Virus record (IMG/VR): IMGVR_UViG_3300028048_003152
Location: 4,795 to 68,794 of that record
From: a virus
Taxonomy: Duplodnaviria; Caudoviricetes
Length of the DNA: 64,000 bases
Reading direction: 5' to 3' (one strand)
The notes under the pieces are model-generated. The model had not been told where the DNA came from and made no database searches. It saw nothing but the letters and a program-made list of their open reading frames with translations. Position 1 is the stretch's first letter. Every line of letters starts with the position of its first letter. Of the stretch, positions 57,743-64,000 are shown piece by piece. The translations under genes were made by a program, and so were the position numbers.

Positions 57743-58221
57743 TGCACCTCCCCGGCTTCCAGCGCCTTCTGCACGGCCTGAATCGCTTTCGTCAGCCTCA
57801 GATACGACTGCTCCGGCGTGCAGAAATCCATCCCAGCGATAGCCTTGAGCGGGATGCCCCAGTGGTAGAACATGATGACCGTGTTCTTCTGCTCTACCGG
57901 CAGGGCGCGGACGGCCATCTCGACCACATCGTTCTTCTCATACGGCGTCCCGATGTGCCGCGCCGTCTGGATCAGCCCCAGCCAGGGGAGCTTCTTCGCC
58001 GCTTCCGGCAGCCGGTCGAGGTAGTCCAGCACCCAGAAGGTCTTGCCGCCGACCTCGGCGTAGCCGTTGTTGTAAATGGACACTCCGTCCGCTTCGATGA
58101 TCAGTTCTGCCGACCTCGCCAGGTAACTTGCTGTCGGCGCGCGGCCGGCCTTCTTCGCTCCGGCAAAAGTGGCTGCGAGTTCCTCCATGGCGCTGTGGTT
58201 GGTGATGAGATTGGTATTCAT
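57739..58221 (-). CDS. Sigma-70 region-4-like regulator, paralogue 1
   Basis: ALPVEQKNTVIMFYHWGIPLKAIA; shares the IYNNGY and PW motifs. Confidence 0.65.
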   Translation of the reverse strand: MNTNLITNHSAMEELAATFAGAKKAGRAPTASYLARSAELIIEADGVSIYNNGYAEVGGKTFWVLDYLDRLPEAAKKLPWLGLIQTARHIGTPYEKNDVVEMAVRALPVEQKNTVIMFYHWGIPLKAIAGMDFCTPEQSYLRLTKAIQAVQKALEAGEVQ

Positions 58222-58226
58222 GATTC

Positions 58227-58424
58227 CGTCCTTTCCGCAGAGCCTCCCCCGGCTGACAGATGTTCCCGGATCCTTGCAGTCATCACCCCACAGAAAAAGG
58301 CGCACAGGCAGAAGGTGTCCTGACCCTCCAGTTCCGCTCGGATCACCACATCATGTGTGGCTTCCTCTTCGGAGCTGAAATGTCTGAACATCTGTCCGCC
58401 AGTGTGCACCCTGACTTTCAAATG
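58227..58424 (-). ncRNA. Candidate structured 5' leader, copy B
   Basis: Blocks 58382..58424 and 58299..58324 identical to copy A. Confidence 0.55.
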
Positions 58425-58629
58425 ATATTTATTGCTGTCCGGGAAAGCGCCGGACGCGCCGCTCAGTATTTAGCCGTGTGCTGCTTCTTTTGACCGCCTC
58501 CAACCCGGTCAATCTGCCTCGCCAGCCTATTGTGTTCAAAAAGCAACGCATCCTGCTTTTTGGTTCGCAAATCCTCCACAAAAAATTTACATTCCTGCAT
58601 TTGAAATTCTGGATTTTGCCATCTGAATG

Positions 58630-58638
58630 TGTTATAAT
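58630..58638 (+). promoter_or_regulatory. Extended -10 promoter for the ABC-3C operon
   Basis: TG-T-TATAAT. Confidence 0.5.
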
Positions 58639-58689
58639 TTCCTGTGTTCGGCTGACGATGTATAGTATAAATCTGGTCAGCTTTTTTTG

Positions 58690-58724
58690 TCGGCGGCGCT
58701 CGGCAGCGTTCGGCGGCGTTCGGC
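58690..58724. repeat. Helically phased 10-bp direct repeats
   Basis: TCGGCGGCGC TCGGCAGCGT TCGGCGGCGT TCGGC. Confidence 0.8.
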
Positions 58725-58760
58725 AAAAATGCAATTTTTCAGAAGGGAGTGCGCGCCAAC

Positions 58761-59795
58761 ATGGAGTTTAAAGACTTCGCCGACATCCTGAAAACGCATA
58801 TAAACGTGGATGCCGACGATGACGAATTCTTTATGGAGATATTCGACAACTATCTGCGCGAACCCACCGACGAGGAATTGCAGAAGCTGGAGGATGCAGC
58901 TAAGAAAAAAGAAAAGAAAACGAAAAAACATGTGGAGCCGGAACCCTGGAATCCCTTTGACGGCATTGGCAAAGACGCCCAGGAGCGTTTGTTCCGCGGG
59001 CAGCGTCCGTTCCAGGTTCCCAAGCTGAAGAAAGCATATGGGAGGCGTGACGATAACCGCTTCGCCGCATATATCAATGGCCAGAGCAAGATGGTTGTGG
59101 CGCATATCGAAGAGGACTTCCTGCGCCTGATACCCGACTTCATCGATGACCAGAATATCGGGTATGCATGTCAGGACTGGCTGACACAGTTCATCCAGCG
59201 CGAGATTGACCGTGACCGTAATGCGCAGCCGGAGCCGCCAGCAAACCGCATGACGGTGCAGCAGTTCCACGCATCGTTCTATGTGGACTGGATTGAAGGC
59301 AAGATCCATTATGGCAATGAATCAATTACGATCCCGCCGGAGCTGATCCCGCCAGAAGAAATCGCGGATGAAGAAGATCTCTATGTCGGTGCCCTGCTTG
59401 ATGCATACGCACAGGCTGCAGGTGACGCGCCCGTTACGCGGGAGGATGTCCATCTACTGAAAAAGACCTACCGGGAGAACTTTTCCCAGCAGCGCATCAA
59501 CTACTATGCCGCCGTCAGAATCACCCGCATCATCCGGGAATGCTTCATCGATGACAAGGAGGAGCTTGACCGCTGGCTGAACGAATCCTCGGATTATATC
59601 AGCATTACCCGGTGTGACGATTATGACGATGGATACCAACGGCTGAAAGCGGTACTTAAGAAGGTGGTCGATTGCAGGACAACCTCCGCTGTGGATCAAT
59701 GCGGAAGGCTGATCGGACCGAAGGAACGCCAGGGCGTCTGCCATCTGCTGGTAAACAACGAAGCGTTTGTGTGGGTAAATGAAGATGATGAATAG
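58761..59795 (+). CDS. ABC-three-component/Lamassu-like effector with uncharacterised N-terminal domain
   Basis: C-terminus RINYYAAVRITR...GVCHLLVNNEAFVWV typical of ABC-3C CTDs; operon context. Confidence 0.7.
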   Translation: MEFKDFADILKTHINVDADDDEFFMEIFDNYLREPTDEELQKLEDAAKKKEKKTKKHVEPEPWNPFDGIGKDAQERLFRGQRPFQVPKLKKAYGRRDDNRFAAYINGQSKMVVAHIEEDFLRLIPDFIDDQNIGYACQDWLTQFIQREIDRDRNAQPEPPANRMTVQQFHASFYVDWIEGKIHYGNESITIPPELIPPEEIADEEDLYVGALLDAYAQAAGDAPVTREDVHLLKKTYRENFSQQRINYYAAVRITRIIRECFIDDKEELDRWLNESSDYISITRCDDYDDGYQRLKAVLKKVVDCRTTSAVDQCGRLIGPKERQGVCHLLVNNEAFVWVNEDDE

Positions 59796-60240
59796 CGCGT
59801 TTAATTCCAACACAGAAATCGCCCTGCGGATTCTTCTCTCCCTCTACGCAAGCGAGGAGAGCCTATCCGTGGACGAGCTGGTGATTCTCGATTTTGTAAC
59901 GGTATACGCTAAGGATTTCGGGATCACGACATATAATCTCCACGGCGACAACAAGAGCAAGGAATCGGAATTCGCCGCCCGCCGCCAGCAGGTAAAGGAA
60001 GCGATCCGGTTTCTGGTAACGCAGGACTATGTTGATGTCGAAGAAGCTAATAACGGATTCCTCTTCAGCATCAACGCTAACGGCACTGCCCTCTGTGATT
60101 CTATGGAGAGTACATACGCTGCGGATTACACTGCCGCCGCTATCAAAGCCGCTGAATACGCGAAAACCCACGGCCTTGAAACAGTTCTCTCCGATATCAA
60201 CCGGAAGGCTCTGGACTTCCACAAGGAAGGTAAAAAGTAA
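59779..60240 (+). CDS. ABC-three-component middle component
   Basis: FNSNTEIALRILL...LDFVTVY..DFG...NLHGD. Confidence 0.75.
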   Translation: MKMMNSAFNSNTEIALRILLSLYASEESLSVDELVILDFVTVYAKDFGITTYNLHGDNKSKESEFAARRQQVKEAIRFLVTQDYVDVEEANNGFLFSINANGTALCDSMESTYAADYTAAAIKAAEYAKTHGLETVLSDINRKALDFHKEGKK

Positions 60241-62079
60241 ATGGATTTTTTTATCAAGCAGATAACAGCACATGCTTTCCAGCCGGAACGGGAAGATTCA
60301 TCTGTGGTCTTCAGCCCTGGCGTGAATATGATCGTCGGAGCCTCCGATACAGGCAAATCGGCTGTGCTCCGCTGCATAAAATTCATGTTCGGTGGGGAGA
60401 AGCCTTTTGATCCAAAGGCGAAGGGCTTTAACAAGATCACCATGGTTCTTGGAACCATGAAAGGCGAGATTACGCTCACCCGCTATATCGGCCGCAATCG
60501 CATCAGCGTTGAAAGCGATATCCCCGGCGTGATGACCGGCGAGTTTGGTGCTGATTACGATGATAAGAACGAGAATGCGCCGCCATCCATCTCCCGTTTC
60601 TGGTTTTCCATGTACGGAATCCCAGGCGATCCGATGATCATGTGGCGCAAAGTTGGTGACCGCAAACATCTCACCATGAAAACGATCCTGCCCTCGTTTT
60701 ATCTGAACGAAGGCGATATCGATAACGCGACCTCGGTTATCCTCCCGGAGCGTGAGACGGCGCAGGTGCTATTCCTGTCTGCGCTGCTCTACTTCCTGAA
60801 CGGGGAGGAATACTCGGAACAGAAAATCTATGATACCGACGCTATTTCAAAAGCGAAACGCGCCGCTGTTGAGCAGTTTGCCAATGACCGTATCGCCGCC
60901 CTCACGAGGCAGCGCGAAGATACGGAAAAAGAACTGAAGAAATTTGACGGCATCAACGTGGAGGCGGAACTGCAGCAGTCCATTTCCCGGCTTGCCGAGA
61001 CCGAAGATTCCCTAGATGAAGCCTTCAGAAAGCAACAGGCTCTCAGTGAAGAACTGTCGCGTTATAATGATGAAGAAGCAGAGCTGACGCTTGTCCTCTC
61101 CCGCAACCGGGAACTTGCCACACAGTATCGGTCGGACATCGACCGTCTGATCTTCCTGACCGAAGGGGACAGGCTGCTGAACAATAATGAAGCCACCACC
61201 TCCTGCCCGTTCTGTCGTAGTAGGATCGATCCTATTACTCGGCCATCTTACATGGCATCCAACCGCGCCGAGCTTGCCCGCATCACACGGCAGGCCGAAG
61301 GACTGTCCGAAAGTGAACAGGACGTTGTGGAGCGGCTGAATTATATCCGTGGACAGATCACCTCCGCGGAGAAGGAGATCAACCAGCTCCAAACCATGAT
61401 CACGCGACAGCTCAGTCCTCTTGCCGATCAGCTACGCAAGGATATCGCTGTGTACAGGCACTACATTCAGACCAAGAACACCTACGATCTGTATCAGCAG
61501 GTTTCCAAGGATGTGCAGAAAACGCTGGATGCGCCGGAGTATCAGGTCAAGGCGCCGGAAACTGTGTTCAAGCCCAGGGATCATTTTCCTCTTGGCTTTG
61601 TCGCCGACATGGGCGCTATCGCTACAGAAATCCTGACGGAAGCAAACTACCGGAACCTTAATGTGGTAGAATTCCTGATCCAGCCCTTCGATCTCCAGAT
61701 CAATGGCGTAACGAAACAGGAAGAACATGGCAAAGGCTATAACTCTTTCATAAACACAGTAATGGGACTGACGATGCGCCGGTACTACATCGACCACGCG
61801 GAGTACAACCCCGGTCTGTTTATCGTCGATACGCCCTTCCACGGTTTTGACGAAGGGAAGGTCATCAAGGAAGCCAGCATGGTACATGGCCTGTTCAACT
61901 ATCTGATCGGTCAAAACGGAACCGGCCAGATCATCGTCGTGGAAAACGACAAAAGCGTCCCGGAGGATATCGACTTTGAGGCGCTTGGCGTGAATGTGAT
62001 TGATTTTCACAAGGATAATTACAAAAGCCGATTTACAAACAACCGCTACGGTTTTCTGATTGGAGTGACAGGGAAGTAA
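60241..62079 (+). CDS. Rad50/SMC-like ABC ATPase
   Basis: Walker A GASDTGKS, coiled coils, CPFC zinc hook, HGKGY signature, FIVDTP Walker B. Confidence 0.9.
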   Translation: MDFFIKQITAHAFQPEREDSSVVFSPGVNMIVGASDTGKSAVLRCIKFMFGGEKPFDPKAKGFNKITMVLGTMKGEITLTRYIGRNRISVESDIPGVMTGEFGADYDDKNENAPPSISRFWFSMYGIPGDPMIMWRKVGDRKHLTMKTILPSFYLNEGDIDNATSVILPERETAQVLFLSALLYFLNGEEYSEQKIYDTDAISKAKRAAVEQFANDRIAALTRQREDTEKELKKFDGINVEAELQQSISRLAETEDSLDEAFRKQQALSEELSRYNDEEAELTLVLSRNRELATQYRSDIDRLIFLTEGDRLLNNNEATTSCPFCRSRIDPITRPSYMASNRAELARITRQAEGLSESEQDVVERLNYIRGQITSAEKEINQLQTMITRQLSPLADQLRKDIAVYRHYIQTKNTYDLYQQVSKDVQKTLDAPEYQVKAPETVFKPRDHFPLGFVADMGAIATEILTEANYRNLNVVEFLIQPFDLQINGVTKQEEHGKGYNSFINTVMGLTMRRYYIDHAEYNPGLFIVDTPFHGFDEGKVIKEASMVHGLFNYLIGQNGTGQIIVVENDKSVPEDIDFEALGVNVIDFHKDNYKSRFTNNRYGFLIGVTGK

Positions 62080-62116
62080 AAGACGGGCTATCACAGCCGA
62101 AGGAACTGAATACAAC

Positions 62117-62160
62117 TGTGCGATCACAGATGTGCGATCACAGATGTGCGATCACAGATG
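62117..62160. repeat. 14-bp tandem repeat x3
   Basis: TGTGCGATCACAGA exact at 62117, 62131, 62145. Confidence 0.95.
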
Positions 62161-62179
62161 GAGACAAGAGAGGCAACAA

Positions 62180-62428
62180 ATGCAAATCAGTTATAAGAAG
62201 CTTTGGAAGCTTTTGATAGACAGGAATATGAACCGAAAGGATCTGCGCGCAAAGACCGGGATCAGCTCCGCCTGCATTGCAAAGATGGGAAAAGGCGAGA
62301 ACATCTCCACCGACATCATCATCCGCATCTGCTCTGCGCTGGATTGCGACATTTCGGATATCCTGGAACTTGTGGATGAGAACGATGTGCCCGTTGTACC
62401 TCTTGCGCAGCGGAAAGCGCGGACGTAG
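62180..62428 (+). CDS. Cro/C1-type HTH regulator
   Basis: ISYKKLWKLLIDRNMNRKDL...ICSALDCDISDILE. Confidence 0.88.
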   Translation: MQISYKKLWKLLIDRNMNRKDLRAKTGISSACIAKMGKGENISTDIIIRICSALDCDISDILELVDENDVPVVPLAQRKART

Positions 62429-62450
62429 AGTTGAACACAGTGGCGTAACG

Positions 62451-62497
62451 AAAAAGCCCCCAGCACCGTATCCTGACAGGATAACAGCACTGGGGGC
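62451..62497. terminator. Long hairpin, terminator-like
   Basis: GCCCCCAG...TATCCTGACAGGATA...CTGGGGGC. Confidence 0.5.
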
Positions 62498-62544
62498 CGA
62501 TATGAATTCTTTAAGATGGACAACTGGACAAGTGGACAGCGATT

Positions 62545-63150
62545 TTGGGGAAGGAGCAGCATATGCCGTTCAGAATTGATACACAGACAAAGGGAATCTA
62601 TATTGTTTCCGAGGACTCCATCTCCCACCACTTCTTCAGCATCGACGAGACCTCTCCCGGCCTGCTCGTGAAGAAGCATTATACAGAGATCGAGCGGGCG
62701 CTGTATTCCGCCTGGTTCCTCCGGGAAGGGAAATGCTACGAGTCGATAGCTGCATACATGCATGACGAAAAAGACCTGGAAGACGCGCCGCATCTGGAGA
62801 AGGTAGTCGCGGCGATAGAAAAACAGGTGGACTTATTCACAGAGGGTGAATACGGGAAGTATGTGGCTGGCCATGAGGCGCAGGACTGGAAATTGATAGG
62901 TGACAACCGCTACTGGCGGGAAGTCCAGGATGTATGGGTGGAGATCGATGCGCTGAAGGAAGGCCGATATTACGAAAACGAGATACACCACCATCCCGGC
63001 ATCCCCAGGATTGAGACTGTGGGGAAGCGGCTGGTGGATAAGATCATGGATCTGGTCTGGCGCATGGACAATGACGCGCCGGGCAAGCAGGAAGAATTGG
63101 TAGAGGCGTTCTACCGGGTGAATGAGGATAAGGCAGATATGGAGAAATGA
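62545..63150 (+). CDS. Hypothetical protein
   Basis: Long ORF with GGAG RBS; likely start MPFRID. Confidence 0.65.
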   Translation: MGKEQHMPFRIDTQTKGIYIVSEDSISHHFFSIDETSPGLLVKKHYTEIERALYSAWFLREGKCYESIAAYMHDEKDLEDAPHLEKVVAAIEKQVDLFTEGEYGKYVAGHEAQDWKLIGDNRYWREVQDVWVEIDALKEGRYYENEIHHHPGIPRIETVGKRLVDKIMDLVWRMDNDAPGKQEELVEAFYRVNEDKADMEK

Positions 63151-63205
63151 AAAAAGCCAGGGAAAGCAGTGCAGTTCAAAACCACACTACCGCCCCCGGC
63201 TTCTA
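63150..63205. terminator. Hairpin between convergent genes
   Basis: AAGCCAGGG...CCCGGCTT. Confidence 0.5.
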
Positions 63206-63211
63206 TAATTC

Positions 63212-64000
63212 CTACTCCGCCTTTATCACTCCAAACCGAATAAACATCACATAGAGATAAGATGCCGCACCAGGGACTTTCAGCTTTTTCGGTCCGGATA
63301 CAAATCCACTTCTCTCCTGTTCCTCCAGTGCGTTCTTCAGCGCCAGTTCAACTGTACTCCTGCTTATGCTCTTTTCGTGGCCGGCTATAATCATCTCGTT
63401 CCCGAAACCAGGAATCGATTCACCCTCGTAATGTCGTCCGCTGCTACTGCTCTCTTCGCTCACGGTATATTTGAATTTTGTCGCACCTGTGTGATCCTTG
63501 CCGCGACCTGCTGTGGCGAAGGGATAGTGCTGGAATGCAATCACTGTCTTCCACAGCGCCAACGGCTGCTCATCTGTACCGACGCTCTTCCAAAGTTCCT
63601 CACAAGCCTTCTTCCTTGCCCGGTATCTCGCTCCCTGTTCAGAATAAAGCGTTGGATCGGGCAGGTTGTATGCGCCTTTTTTATAGGGGAGATAAGAATA
63701 GACGGAGGCTTTGCCTAGCCCCGTTGTCTGCATGGTTTCCGTTATTGTGTGTCCCTGGCTTTCAAGCTCCTGAACCTGGCGTGAGGTTGTAGTTGAATAT
63801 ATGCCGGCTGTAATCAACAGCTTTCTGACACGGAGAATCGTCGTCTCCATCTCCTCTGCCACGGAGACAATGGTTGGCGCATCTTCCGGACGATCAATCC
63901 GATCATCGTAAGGAACTTCAAAGAGCGCCGCTGCGGTTGCAATCAAATCCGCTATTTCCGCTTCCCGGTCATATCCCGGTTTCTTCTTTGGTCTTGCCAT
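63212..64000 (-). CDS. Hypothetical protein with N-terminal HTH-like region
   Basis: SVAEEMETTILRVRKLLITAG and MQTTGLGKASVYSYLPY helical motifs. Confidence 0.7.
   Translation of the reverse strand: MARPKKKPGYDREAEIADLIATAAALFEVPYDDRIDRPEDAPTIVSVAEEMETTILRVRKLLITAGIYSTTTSRQVQELESQGHTITETMQTTGLGKASVYSYLPYKKGAYNLPDPTLYSEQGARYRARKKACEELWKSVGTDEQPLALWKTVIAFQHYPFATAGRGKDHTGATKFKYTVSEESSSSGRHYEGESIPGFGNEMIIAGHEKSISRSTVELALKNALEEQERSGFVSGPKKLKVPGAASYLYVMFIRFGVIKAE

Larger units (their letters stand above)
13200..58424 (-). mobile_element. Defective siphovirus-like prophage with triple serine-recombinase cassette (boundaries approximate)
   Basis: Co-oriented regulation, replication, packaging, head, tail and recombinase modules; att sites not identified. 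Confidence 0.85.

Noticed and set aside
62117-62160. 14-bp repeat as CRISPR
   Set aside because: Head-to-tail with no spacers
13200-64000. attL/attR direct repeats
   Set aside because: No convincing flanking repeat found by eye; serine-recombinase cores are short and need comparative data
1-64000. tRNA/rRNA genes
   Set aside because: No cloverleaf or rRNA-like segment recognised; a tRNAscan-SE run would be needed to exclude them

Overview
The window looks like an accessory region of a Bacillota/Clostridia-type genome; this host assignment is inferred from gene content and the sigmaA-type promoters. Most of it (about 13.2-58.4 kb, all on the minus strand) is a siphovirus-like HK97-fold prophage. 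Its modules are: three paralogous sigma-region-4 regulators, a replication module (DUF2800, DUF2815, family A polymerase, VRR-NUC, SNF2, D5 primase), nucleotide/SAM cargo (metK, nrdD, nrdG, thyX, MazG-like, ParB-methylase), packaging/head/tail genes, and a triple large-serine-recombinase (LSR) cassette. It appears defective: a deletion junction at 17350/17351 joins the tail gene stop to the middle of the first recombinase, and no lysis or tail-fibre genes are seen. To the right, in the usual immunity position, sits a divergent ABC-three-component (Lamassu-like) operon whose effector has no recognisable toxic domain. To the left are UDP-sugar cargo genes (HTH-fused Ugd, Ugd, epimerase, plus a second inverted epimerase) and an XRE/AAA-ATPase/LSR integrative module. 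Also on the left are a truncated recombinase duplicate and two homologous ~300-350 bp non-coding cassettes, each with an NrdR-box-like pair, its own iteron variant and a hairpin. The most interesting unexplained signals are mostly non-coding: these cassettes, a duplicated ~200-nt structured leader, and two families of repeated promoter-like motifs. All family assignments come from motifs read by eye, not from database searches.
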